Assembly (NCBI GenBank): GCA_040373665.1
Contig: JBEICA010000001.1
Location: forward strand, 1 to 57,746
Length of the DNA stretch: 57,746 bases
Direction of reading: 5' to 3'
DNA from: Burkholderiales bacterium
GTDB taxonomy: Bacteria > Pseudomonadota > Gammaproteobacteria > Burkholderiales > Ga0077523
Shown here: piece after piece, positions 26,861 to 36,237 of the stretch
Position numbering within the stretch: the stretch's first letter is position 1
How the letters are laid out: each line of letters starts with the position of its first letter
The notes under the pieces: generated by a model
The model's input: the letters and a program-made list of their open reading frames with translations, nothing else
What the model was told of the DNA's origin: nothing
The model's database searches: none
Translations under genes and position numbers: made by a program

Positions 26861-27361
26861 TCAGGGCACGTTCTGCTCGGGCACGACATCGAACAATTCG
26901 ATCTCGAACAGCAGGGTCGAGTTGGGCGGGACCTCACCGTAGGCCAGGCGGGTGCCATAGCCCAGCTTCGGCGGCACCAGCAGGGTCCGCTTGCCGCCGA
27001 CCCGCATGCCGAGGATGCCGCGGTCCAGGCCGGTGATCATGCGGTTGACACCCACCAGCACCGAGAGTGTCTGTCCGCGGTCCCGGGAACTGTCGAACTT
27101 CACGCCCTTGCGGTCCGGTGCCTTGAGATCGTGGACCCAGCCTTCGTAGTGGATGACGACGAAACGTCCCCGGATGGCTTCCTCTCCGGTGCCCACCACC
27201 TGGTCCACGGCCACGGTCCGGGCGCCCGCGGCCTCGGGCAGGACGTCGGCCCGTTCGACATACTGGCTCTGCGCCGATGCCGTGGTGGCGGCGCTCGTCA
27301 GGAGCAGACACAACGCGCAGATGCGCATGAAGGAAGCCACGGATGCACCTCGAGGTCTCAT
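26861..27361 (-). CDS. FKBP-type peptidyl-prolyl cis-trans isomerase, secreted
   Basis: Part of ORF 26861..27763. Signal MRICALCLLLTSAATTASA. VVIHYEGWV...FDSSRDRGQTLSVLVGVNRMITGLDRGILGMRVGGKRTLLVPPKLGYG. The start is 27361 or 27328. Confidence 0.85.
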   Translation of the reverse strand: MRPRGASVASFMRICALCLLLTSAATTASAQSQYVERADVLPEAAGARTVAVDQVVGTGEEAIRGRFVVIHYEGWVHDLKAPDRKGVKFDSSRDRGQTLSVLVGVNRMITGLDRGILGMRVGGKRTLLVPPKLGYGTRLAYGEVPPNSTLLFEIELFDVVPEQNVP

Positions 27362-27525
27362 GAAGGTGGCGAAGGATACCGTGGCCACCGGCCGTGCGCC
27401 TCGGCCCGGCGCGGACGGGAGTGTCGACGTGCTCGAAGGATCGCGCCGGCTCGCATAGAATCGGGGGTCCTTTCGTCGCGCGGCGTTCCGGCGACGGCCC
27501 GATTCCCCATCCCTGGAGAGTTTCC

Positions 27526-27672
27526 ATGTCCGACAGGCAAGACACCACCGCGCGCACGCTGGGCGCCGGAGACAAGCGCACCCGCCGCGGCAAGATCGCC
27601 GTGAGCAGCTACGGCAATTCCCGGCCGCACAAGCCCCGCAAGGCGCCGGCCAAGCCGACCCGCCGGCGCTGA
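27526..27672 (+). CDS. 30S ribosomal protein THX (48 aa)
   Basis: Tail of ORF 27394..27672: MSDRQDTTARTLGAGDKRTRRGKIAVSSYGNSRPHKPRK. GD(K/R)RTRRGKI...SYG..RP is the THX signature. GGAGAG RBS. Confidence 0.7.
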   Translation: MSDRQDTTARTLGAGDKRTRRGKIAVSSYGNSRPHKPRKAPAKPTRRR

Positions 27673-27682
27673 CCGATGCGCT

Positions 27683-27732
27683 GCGATCACCGGGTCGGCA
27701 CCGGGGGTGCCCGGTGCGGTCTGCGTGATCGC
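27683..27732 (+). terminator. Nested stem-loop downstream of the THX gene (terminator-like, no U-tract)
   Basis: GCGATCAC...GCACCGGG-ggtg-CCCGGTGC...GTGATCGC: two 8-bp stems separated by a 7-nt internal loop on each side. Confidence 0.3.
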
Positions 27733-27761
27733 GTCGTGAACTCGGCCGGGTCAGGCCACAC

Positions 27762-29441
27762 ATGAGTGCCTACCTGCGTCACGAGGCCCTGGGGGAGGCG
27801 TTGCAGGCTCTCGTTGCCTCCCACCCGGGTCTGTTCACGCTCGAGTCGATCGGCCGCAGTCACGAGGGCCGTGACATCTGGCTGGTCACCGCGACCAGCG
27901 TCGCCTCCGGGGCTGCGGGCGACAAACCTGCCCTGTGGGTGGACGGCAACATCCACGCGTCCGAAGTGGCGGGTTCCGCGGCCTGCCTGCACTTCCTCAC
28001 GCAACTGGCCCATGGCTACGGCATCGACGCCGACATCACCCGTGCCCTGGACACGCGTGCCTTCTACGTCTGCCCCCGGCTCAACCCCGACGGCGCCGAA
28101 CTCGCGCTGGCCGACCGGCCGCGCCTGATCCGCTCCTCCACCCGCCCGTATCCCCACGAGGACGAGCCCATCGGAGGCCTGGAGCGCCAGGACATCGATG
28201 GGGACGGACGCATCCTCAGCATGCGCATCGCGGATCCGAACGGACCGTGGAAAGTGTCCGATCAGGACCCGAGGCTGATGGTGCGGCGTGAGCCGACCGA
28301 GGTCGGGGGACGCTACTACCGCGTGCTGCCGGAGGGCCTGATCGACCGCTACGACGGCTTCACCGTGCACATGCGCGCGCGGCGCGAGGGACTGGACCTC
28401 AACCGCAACTACCCTGCCAACTGGCGCCAGGAGCACGAGCAGCAGGGGGCCGGTCCCTATCCTGCCTCCGAGCCGGAGGTGGGGGCCGCGGTGGCCTTCA
28501 TCAGCGCCCACCGCAACATCGTCGGCGGCGTCGCGTTCCACACCTACAGCGGCGTGCTGCTGCGGCCCTATTCGCACAAGGCGGACGATACGCTGCCCCC
28601 TGAGGATCTCTGGACCTACCAGAAGATCGGCGAGCGCGGCACGGCCCTGACGGGCTACCCGAACATCTCGGTGTTCCACGATTTCCGCTACCACCCCAAG
28701 GAAGTCATCACCGGCGCCTTCGACGACTGGATGTACGACCACCTGGGCGTCTTTGCGTGGACGGTCGAGATCTGGAGCCCGCAGCGCGAGGCCGGCATCA
28801 CCGACTACAAGTTCATCGACTGGTATCGCGAACACCCGCTGGAGGACGACCTCAAGCTGCTCGCCTGGAACGACGAGGTGCTGGGCGGCGAGGGTTTCGT
28901 GCGCTGGTATCCGTTCGAACACCCGCAACTGGGGCCGGTGGAACTCGGTGGATGGAACGCCATGACCACCTGGACCAACCCGCCGCCTGCACTGCTCGAG
29001 CGCGAGGTCGACAGGTTTCCGCGCTGGCTGGTGTGGCAGGCGCTGATCTCGCCCCGCCTCGAGTGGCTGTCCACGCGTCTCGAATCGCTCGGCGGGGACG
29101 CGTGGCGGGTCGAGGCGGTGGTGGTCAACACCGGCTGGCTTCCCACCAACGTGACCCGGCGGGCGCGTGACAACCGGCTGGTGCGCGGCGTGGTGGTCGA
29201 GATCGGCCTGCCGGCCGGGGCCACGCTGGTCTCGGGAGAGCCGCGCGTGGATCTGGGGCAGCTCGAGGGCCGTGCCTACAAGGGGCCGTCGCCCTCGTCA
29301 TGGTCGGGCTGGGGCGGTGACGAGACCGACGATCGCGTCCGCACCGAGTGGGTCATCCGCGCCCCGGCTGGCGCCCGCATCGACCTGAGTGCCCGGCACG
29401 ATCGCGCCGGCGTGCTGCGCGCCACGCTCGTCACCGGCTGA
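27762..29441 (+). CDS. M14-family zinc metallocarboxypeptidase
   Basis: GRSHEGRDIWLV...ALWVDGNIHASEVAG (HxxE zinc motif), NPDG, LDLNRNY, GVAFHTYSG. Confidence 0.85.
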   Translation: MSAYLRHEALGEALQALVASHPGLFTLESIGRSHEGRDIWLVTATSVASGAAGDKPALWVDGNIHASEVAGSAACLHFLTQLAHGYGIDADITRALDTRAFYVCPRLNPDGAELALADRPRLIRSSTRPYPHEDEPIGGLERQDIDGDGRILSMRIADPNGPWKVSDQDPRLMVRREPTEVGGRYYRVLPEGLIDRYDGFTVHMRARREGLDLNRNYPANWRQEHEQQGAGPYPASEPEVGAAVAFISAHRNIVGGVAFHTYSGVLLRPYSHKADDTLPPEDLWTYQKIGERGTALTGYPNISVFHDFRYHPKEVITGAFDDWMYDHLGVFAWTVEIWSPQREAGITDYKFIDWYREHPLEDDLKLLAWNDEVLGGEGFVRWYPFEHPQLGPVELGGWNAMTTWTNPPPALLEREVDRFPRWLVWQALISPRLEWLSTRLESLGGDAWRVEAVVVNTGWLPTNVTRRARDNRLVRGVVVEIGLPAGATLVSGEPRVDLGQLEGRAYKGPSPSSWSGWGGDETDDRVRTEWVIRAPAGARIDLSARHDRAGVLRATLVTG

Positions 29442-29470
29442 TCCCTGGTCCCGCGGCGGCGGGCGCGCCC

Positions 29471-30790
29471 TCAGGCGGCGGCGTGGATGGTCTCCAGCAG
29501 CGGGGCGACATTGCCCTGGGCATCGAAACGCCAGGCGCGTGGCGCCTCCAGGATCTCGAAGCGGTCCGGCCGCGCGCGCACTTCCCCGAGCATGGGCGCC
29601 GACACTTCGATCTCGCCCAGGTGCAGGGTGTTGCGGATGCGAACGATGCGGCAGTCCTCGGGCTTCACCCGCACCACGGTCTTCACCGCGAGGGCGATGG
29701 CATCGTGGTCGTCGTTCATGATCATCGGGATGGTGGCGCCGTCGAGATTCATCGACGTGATGATGTTCGCGTAGGTGGAGGGGATGTCGAGCTCGCGGTA
29801 GAGCCGCATGGTGATGACGTCCGCCGATCCGAGGCCGGTGGCGTTGCCGTGCGTGACCCGTGTCAGGCCGAGCACCACGATCTTCTTCACCATCGGCTTC
29901 GCCGGCCACTTGACGATGCGTCGGTTGCGGCCGGTGATGTTGGGGTCGAAGCCGGCGCCGGAGATGTTCTTGCCCATCTCGTCGATGACCAGCACATCGA
30001 TGTCGTCGAAGAAGATCTGCGGCATGTTGAGCTTGGCCATCGCCTGCAGCGCGGGCTCGCGGGTGGCGAGCAGCTCCGACGGCACGATCTCCACGTGCGC
30101 GGTCTCGTCGTAGGCATTCTCGACGATGCCGACGCCGAAGAGCACGTTGCGGGCGCTGCAGTTGACGGCACACACCTTGGGCAGCAAGTCGGGGAAGGCG
30201 TCCATGCCATGGGTGTGATATGTGGCCGCGCCGACGATCTTGCCGATGCCGATGGCGAGCATCTTGGTCAGGCCGCTCTCGGTCGCACCGCGAAAACCGG
30301 TGTGCGGCTTGATGCGGTTGATCACCACGATGGCGTCGGCCTCTGCCGCATGACGGTCCATGTGGACCGGAGTGCCGTCGTCGAGCTGGCCGACGATGAC
30401 CGTGTCCATGGTCGCCCGGATCGGCACGCCCGTGGCCTCCTCGGTGATGCCGTAGGTCTCGAGCACCTTCTTCTGACCCTCGGCCGTGCCGGCGCCGTGG
30501 CTGCCCATGCAGGGAAACACGAAGGGCTTCGCGCCCAGGGCCTTCAGTTCCTCGATCACCGTGCATGCGATCAGGGCGACGTTGGCGATGCCGCGGCTGC
30601 CGCAGCCGACGGCGATGCTCTGGCCGGGCTTGATGCGGGAGCGCACTTCCGGTCGCGTGAACTCGGCGCGGATGGCGCCGGCGATGTCCTCGAGGCGGGT
30701 GGGGTCGAACTTCTGCCGCACTCGCGCCATGGGAGGCAGCGGCACGTCCAGGCCACCTGCGATGTTCACTTCGATCCGGTCGGGAATCAT
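29471..30790 (-). CDS. LarA-like (DUF2088, lactate-racemase N-terminal domain) protein
   Basis: SIAVGCGSRGIANV...FPCMGSHGAGTAEGQ...INRIKPHTGF...GLTKMLAIGIG resembles the DUF2088 family. Confidence 0.6.
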   Translation of the reverse strand: MIPDRIEVNIAGGLDVPLPPMARVRQKFDPTRLEDIAGAIRAEFTRPEVRSRIKPGQSIAVGCGSRGIANVALIACTVIEELKALGAKPFVFPCMGSHGAGTAEGQKKVLETYGITEEATGVPIRATMDTVIVGQLDDGTPVHMDRHAAEADAIVVINRIKPHTGFRGATESGLTKMLAIGIGKIVGAATYHTHGMDAFPDLLPKVCAVNCSARNVLFGVGIVENAYDETAHVEIVPSELLATREPALQAMAKLNMPQIFFDDIDVLVIDEMGKNISGAGFDPNITGRNRRIVKWPAKPMVKKIVVLGLTRVTHGNATGLGSADVITMRLYRELDIPSTYANIITSMNLDGATIPMIMNDDHDAIALAVKTVVRVKPEDCRIVRIRNTLHLGEIEVSAPMLGEVRARPDRFEILEAPRAWRFDAQGNVAPLLETIHAAA

Positions 30791-30890
30791 GCGGCCTCCT
30801 GCGGGTTCTTCCTGTGAGTATTGTGCCTGAGCCCCGCGGTTTCATCAGGCCGGGGGATCATGGCGGGGCCTCGACGATGCCGGCCGGGAC

Positions 30891-33125
30891 TCAGCCGTCC
30901 TGCCGGGATCGCAGCCACTCGAGCATGACCTCGGCCGGCTGCGGGGGCGAATACAGGTAGCCCTGCGCGAAGTCGCAGCCGAGGTCCGTAAGACGCAGTG
31001 CCTGGGCGTCGCGTTCGACGCCTTCGGCGACCACCTTCCTGCCCGACCCGGAAGCCAGCCCGATGACCCCGCGGACGATGGACTGGGCCTGGTCGTCCTC
31101 GATCATGTGCTCGATGAAGGAGCGGTCGATCTTGAGTGCCGAGGCGGGCAGGGTCTTGAGGTAGGTGAGGGTGGAGTAGCCGGTGCCGAAATCGTCCAGG
31201 GCAAACTCCACGCCGAAGGCCGTGCAGGCCTCCATGGTCGAGGACACGGCGGCGATGTCGGCCAGGGCCGCGCTTTCCACCACCTCGAACTTCAGCCGGC
31301 CCGGGCTCACGTCGGGGTGTGCGTCCAGGGCGTGGCGGACGGCGGCGGGAAAGCCGGGGTCGTGGAGCCAGCGCGCCGAGACGTTGACGTTGACGCCGAG
31401 CACCACACCGCGGCGCGCCCATCCGGCGCAGTCCGCCAGCGCCGCGCGCAGCACCCAGGCGTCCAGTTCCAGCATCACCGGGTCGTCCTCGATGGCGCCG
31501 AGCCAGTGCGCGGGAGGCAGGGGCCGGTGCCCGGGACGCTGCCAGCGGATCAGGGCTTCCACCGAGCGCACCTGGCCCGAACGCAGTTCCACGATGGGCT
31601 GGTAGTGCAGCACCATGTGACCCTGCTGCAGGGCTGCGGCCACTGCCGACGCCTGTTCCCGCCGCGCCGCGATGCGTCGGTCGTGCTCGGGATTGAAGCG
31701 CACGGCACTGCCGCGGGCGTCGCGCTTGGCCGAGTAGAGCGCATGTTCCGCCTGACGCAGCAGCGCATCGGGATCCCTGTCCTCCGGCCCGACGATGCGC
31801 ACGCCGATGCTGGCCGTGAGTCCGAGGTCGACGCCGGTGGCGAGCCCCAGACCATGGGAGGTCGCCACCCGCAGCAGCTCGAGGATCTGCTCGATCTCGT
31901 CGTCGGAAGACAGGTCCTTGACGAGGACGGCGAAGACGTCGCCGCCGAGACGGGCCACGGTGTCGATCGAGCGAACCGTGGCCTGCAGCCGGCGCGCCAC
32001 CTCGACCAGGATGCGATCGCCAGTCTCCCGGCCCAGGGTGTCGTTGACCGACTTGAACCGGTCGAGGTCGAGCACGCAGATCGCCACGCGCGTGCCGTTA
32101 TCGCGCGATGCCGAGAGCGCCTGCTCCAGCCGGTCCGACAGCAGGGCCCTGTTGGGCAGGTGAGTCAGCGCATCGACGTGGGCGAGGCGGTCCAGCCGCA
32201 GCTGCTGCTCGCGCAGCGCGGTGACGTCCGAGAAGGCGCAGACATACCGCAGCCCCGAACCGTCGAGGGCGTCCACCGCGGTGACGGCGGCGTCGGCAAG
32301 GAACAGGGAGCCGTCCTTGCGGCGCTTCCAGACCTCCCCCTGCCAGGGGCGCCCCGCCCGGATGGAGGCCCACATGGCCGCATCGACGTGCCGATCCTGC
32401 AGGCCCGAGGCGAGCAGCTTGCCGGTGTGGCCGGTCGCCTCCGCGGGGTCGTAGCCGGTGATGCGGGTGAATGCCGGGTTGACCGAGACGATGCGGCCGT
32501 GGGAGTCGGTCACGAAGACGCCTTCGCGCACATGGTCGAAGACCGTCCTGGCCAGAGACAGACCGGCGGTCAGGCGGTGACGCTCGAGGGCCTGGGCGAT
32601 GGCGGCACCGGCCAGCTGCAGCAGCGGGGCGAGTTCAGGCGCCCAGGCGCGGTCGGGTTGCACGAACTCCAGCAACAGCAGGTCGCGATCGGCGCCCGGG
32701 CTGCTCACGCTCACCAGTGCCAGCGCGTGCGACACGCGCGCCTCCAGGAAGCCGCGTTCCGCGGTCGCTGCCGAGGGCAGTCCGGCAATCGTGGTGGCCG
32801 GCGCCGGCTGGTCCGGCGCGAGGCGGGCGAGCCACCAACCGAATGCGCTCAGCGGGGTACCGGCCAATCCTGTCCTGGCCGTGGGCAACCCTGGTTCCGA
32901 CCACTCGTGCACGACGCCGACGTTGCGGCCGCCCGGGGTCGGCCGACACAGGCTCATGCGGTCGGCGCCGCAGGCCTGACCGAGTTCGCCGAGGAACTCC
33001 GCCAGCCGGCCGTCGAGCTCCTGCGGCGCCATCGTGGCAAGCTCGCCCGCGATGCGGGCCACCGACCGCGCGGTCGCGCCGATGTCTGCCGATGGTACGG
33101 GGGGCGTCCCGGCGGCGGTGCTCAC
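30891..33125 (-). CDS. GAF-PAS-GGDEF-EAL signalling protein (c-di-GMP turnover)
   Basis: PAS (SVNPAFTRITGY), GGDEF domain with a GGDVF motif (RLGGDVFAVL), EAL domain (VEALIRW, DDFGTGYSTL, KIDRSF). Confidence 0.85.
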   Translation of the reverse strand: MSTAAGTPPVPSADIGATARSVARIAGELATMAPQELDGRLAEFLGELGQACGADRMSLCRPTPGGRNVGVVHEWSEPGLPTARTGLAGTPLSAFGWWLARLAPDQPAPATTIAGLPSAATAERGFLEARVSHALALVSVSSPGADRDLLLLEFVQPDRAWAPELAPLLQLAGAAIAQALERHRLTAGLSLARTVFDHVREGVFVTDSHGRIVSVNPAFTRITGYDPAEATGHTGKLLASGLQDRHVDAAMWASIRAGRPWQGEVWKRRKDGSLFLADAAVTAVDALDGSGLRYVCAFSDVTALREQQLRLDRLAHVDALTHLPNRALLSDRLEQALSASRDNGTRVAICVLDLDRFKSVNDTLGRETGDRILVEVARRLQATVRSIDTVARLGGDVFAVLVKDLSSDDEIEQILELLRVATSHGLGLATGVDLGLTASIGVRIVGPEDRDPDALLRQAEHALYSAKRDARGSAVRFNPEHDRRIAARREQASAVAAALQQGHMVLHYQPIVELRSGQVRSVEALIRWQRPGHRPLPPAHWLGAIEDDPVMLELDAWVLRAALADCAGWARRGVVLGVNVNVSARWLHDPGFPAAVRHALDAHPDVSPGRLKFEVVESAALADIAAVSSTMEACTAFGVEFALDDFGTGYSTLTYLKTLPASALKIDRSFIEHMIEDDQAQSIVRGVIGLASGSGRKVVAEGVERDAQALRLTDLGCDFAQGYLYSPPQPAEVMLEWLRSRQDG

Positions 33126-33277
33126 CGATGCCGCTCCGCGACGGAGGCAGGACGTTCGTGACGATCACGGTTGGCAGGTTGCGTCCCTGCGAGCCAGGCG
33201 GCTGTGTGGATTCTCATGGGTGCTGCGCGTTTCTCCCTTAGGAGAAATCTGCCATACATCCAGCACGTTTGTCATGC

Positions 33278-35542
33278 TCAGCGCCGGAGGCCTCCGTGTC
33301 GCGCCCGCCACTCAGCTGCGCGTGCGGCCAGATGCGCAAGCGCCTCCGACACCTGGTCGATCAGGATCAGGCAGACTTCTCCGGGCAGCAGATGGTCCAG
33401 CGCACGGTCGATGGCGACGAACTCGCCGCGGATCTCCTCGATGTCCGACACCCGGGCGGCATCGCGCATCCCCTGGCGCAGCAGGGCCATGACCTCGCCG
33501 TCCGCGCGCCCGCGCTGGGCGGCGTCCTGGTAGAGCAGCACACGGTCGAAGGCGGCACCGACGATGCGCCCCTGCGCGACGATGTCCTCGTCCCGCCGGT
33601 CCCCGGCGGCGCTGATGACGATGCTGCGGCGGGTCGCCGCCATGCCGTCCAGCCCCTGCACCAGGGCGGCCAGCGCGTCCGGATTGTGGCCGTAGTCGGC
33701 GAACACGGTACCACCGCCGATGTGAAATTCGTTGAAGCGCCCGGGTACGCTCGACGGAGTGGCGTCGAAGTCGGCGAGCGCCGTCTCGATGGCCGTCCAG
33801 GGCACGCCAGCCGCCCAGGCCGCCGCGGTCGCGGCGAGGACGTTCTGCACCTGGAAGCCCAGGATGCCGCCGCGGGTGACCGGGATGGCGCCGAGGGGCA
33901 TGCGCCAGGAGACCGCTTGACCTGCCATGGCGCTCACCCGACCGTCGGCCGCGTGCACGCATCGCCCGCCGCGCGCGCGATGTTCCACCATGCCCGGGAG
34001 CATCGGATCCGCGGCGAACAGGATCACCTCCCCTGGACAGGTCCGTGCCATGGCCGCCACCAGCGGATCGGCGGCGTTCAGCACTGCGGCGCCGGTCGGT
34101 GCCACGTTCGCGACAATCACCTGTTTGACCGCGGCCAGATCCTCCAACCGGTCGATGTGGTCCAGTCCCAGATGGTCACCCGTGCCGATGTTGGTGACCA
34201 CGGCGACACTGCAGCGATCGAATCCCAGACCCTCACGGAGGATGCCGCCGCGCGCTGTTTCGAGAACCGCGGCATCCGCATCCGGGTGAAGCAGCACACT
34301 GCGCGCACTGCGCGGACCGCTGCAGTCGCCGCTGTCGGTCTGCCGCCCGTCGACGAACACGCCGTCGGTGTTGGTCATGCCGACGCGCAGGCCGGACGCC
34401 GCGAACATGGCCGTCGTGAGGCGTACTGTCGTGGTCTTGCCATTGACTCCGGTGACCGCGACGACAGGGATCCTGCCGTCCTCTCTGGGGCCGAAGAGCG
34501 TGCCGAGGATTGCGTCGCCGATCTGACCTGCCCGGTTGGCGGCCGGAGGCAGGTGCATGCGCAGATCCAGGTCCGGATCGACCGCAACGACCGCGCCGCC
34601 CTGGCGCTCGAGCGGCTGGCACAGGGTCTGGCACACGAGGTCGATGCCGCAGACGTCGAGGCCGACCACGCGGGCGGCTTCGACGGCATGCGCCACCACC
34701 TGCGGATGCACGTCCTCCGTGAGATCGCCGGCCGCGCCGCCGGTGGCTGCGACCACTCGACCGCCGGCCACGAGAAGCCGGTGGAGGTCGCCGGGCACCA
34801 GGTCCGGAGTCGGCGTCTCGTCGCCCGGTGCCACGGCCGCATCGACCGCGGCCTCCGGCACGACCTGCCCGGCCCCGGCGGGGCGCGCTTCCCCCGGCAC
34901 CGGGATGCCGGCGGCAGCGAGCAGCCGCCTGCACAGGGCCGCGTCCCGGGTGATGGCCGCGGCGATGGCGCTGGAGCGGTCGCTCGCGGTGCCCCGGATG
35001 CGCCGTTGCCGACTGCCCCAGCCGAGCTGGATCAGGTCGCCGGCCCCGATGGGAAGCGACGGAATGCCCCGCGCCGTCGCGGCCTCGACGATCGCCTTCG
35101 CGCCCGGCCCGGGGCGGCGCTCGGCGGCGAGCGACTTCAGGCGCCCGACGGCGCCCGCGAGGTCGAACGGCGCATCCTGCAGCACCGTCTGGTGGAGCGT
35201 GCAGGCCAGTTCGAAGGCGAGACGACCCACCGCCTCTTCGGTGTACTCGACCACCGAGCGATATACGGCCGGGTCGCTGGTCGGTGCCTCCCGGCAGAAC
35301 CCGACGGGGCATCCGGCCGCCATCTGCAGTCGAAGGGTGGCCTGCGCCAGAAGCAGCGCCAGCGAGCCCGGGACATCCCCTGTCGCGGTGCACCCCTGTC
35401 CGGGCGTCGGAAGACGCGCATCCAGCCGGTGCGTGGTCGTGATGGTCCGCTCGGCCGGGTCCAGGCGCATGATGACTTCCAGCGCGGTGCGCCGGGTCCA
35501 GATGTTGGGGCCCCGGAGGGCGCGTATGCGGGTGATCTCCAT
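33278..35542 (-). CDS. Cyanophycin synthetase paralog with degenerate ATP-grasp (G) domain and intact Mur-ligase-like (M) domain
   Basis: Part of ORF 33278..35647. Start MEITRIRALRGPNIW (CphA N domain). The G domain lacks the KP-DGN-G-GV loop and about 80 aa before DVHP, and EVNAAPG is replaced by AVDPDLD. The M domain is intact: TGVNGKTTT, LETARGGILREGLGFD, GDHLG, NAADP, PGRFN, DYGHNP, GDRRDEDI. Confidence 0.85.
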   Translation of the reverse strand: MEITRIRALRGPNIWTRRTALEVIMRLDPAERTITTTHRLDARLPTPGQGCTATGDVPGSLALLLAQATLRLQMAAGCPVGFCREAPTSDPAVYRSVVEYTEEAVGRLAFELACTLHQTVLQDAPFDLAGAVGRLKSLAAERRPGPGAKAIVEAATARGIPSLPIGAGDLIQLGWGSRQRRIRGTASDRSSAIAAAITRDAALCRRLLAAAGIPVPGEARPAGAGQVVPEAAVDAAVAPGDETPTPDLVPGDLHRLLVAGGRVVAATGGAAGDLTEDVHPQVVAHAVEAARVVGLDVCGIDLVCQTLCQPLERQGGAVVAVDPDLDLRMHLPPAANRAGQIGDAILGTLFGPREDGRIPVVAVTGVNGKTTTVRLTTAMFAASGLRVGMTNTDGVFVDGRQTDSGDCSGPRSARSVLLHPDADAAVLETARGGILREGLGFDRCSVAVVTNIGTGDHLGLDHIDRLEDLAAVKQVIVANVAPTGAAVLNAADPLVAAMARTCPGEVILFAADPMLPGMVEHRARGGRCVHAADGRVSAMAGQAVSWRMPLGAIPVTRGGILGFQVQNVLAATAAAWAAGVPWTAIETALADFDATPSSVPGRFNEFHIGGGTVFADYGHNPDALAALVQGLDGMAATRRSIVISAAGDRRDEDIVAQGRIVGAAFDRVLLYQDAAQRGRADGEVMALLRQGMRDAARVSDIEEIRGEFVAIDRALDHLLPGEVCLILIDQVSEALAHLAARAAEWRARHGGLRR

Positions 35543-36237
35543 CTTCAGGGCCTCCCGGCCTGTGACGTGGCGCAGTCGGATGCGGCGCAGCGCCGCGCAT
35601 CCGCGGGACCGCGTGCCAGGGTGACAACGATGGCGCCGGGCGGGCATCCACCCTGGCGCGTGGCCCGGGGCCTGGCCCGTGAGGCAGGCTGCCGGGGGGC
35701 GGCGCGATGGCGGCCAGTATGCCAGCCGTAAACCTCCCGGCCCGCGGTTGCCCTGGCGGACGCTTCCACCTCGCCGAGACCGCGCATGCCTGGAGATTGC
35801 CTGCCCGGGGTCACGTGCCCGATCATGTTGCCTGATCGCGCGTCGCCGTCCGGGTATTGCAGGGCTGTGTGTGATCGCGCGGCCCTGCCAGGAGGGACCG
35901 GTCCACAGGATCGGGGCCCACGGTTCCAGGGTTTTCGTGTCGGCCCGGGCGTCGGGGCGGCCCCGGTGGGCCCGGCGTTCCCGTCATGCCAGGGTGTGCC
36001 GTGCCGGCGGGCCCGTCGCGGAGCCGCCGGGCGCTGCCTGCCGCGACGGCCGTTGCCCGTGTCAGCCGTCGAGTATCCTGCGAGGACCATGTTCCGGATG
36101 TCATCTGAAAGCGGGGCCCTGCCAGCCCTTGTCCCGTCGACCCGCGAATCAGGCGTCATGACCCTTTCGCGGTGCGCCGGTCGGGCCACGCCAGGTCCGT
36201 GCGACCGTCCGGATGGCCGGATGCGGGGCCCGTCGTC

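Noticed and set aside
33269-35731. 820-aa plus-strand ORF, with similar ORFs at 39147..41423 and 41747..43831
   Set aside because: All are antisense shadows of the three cphA paralogs, which carry clear ATP-grasp or Mur-ligase motifs.
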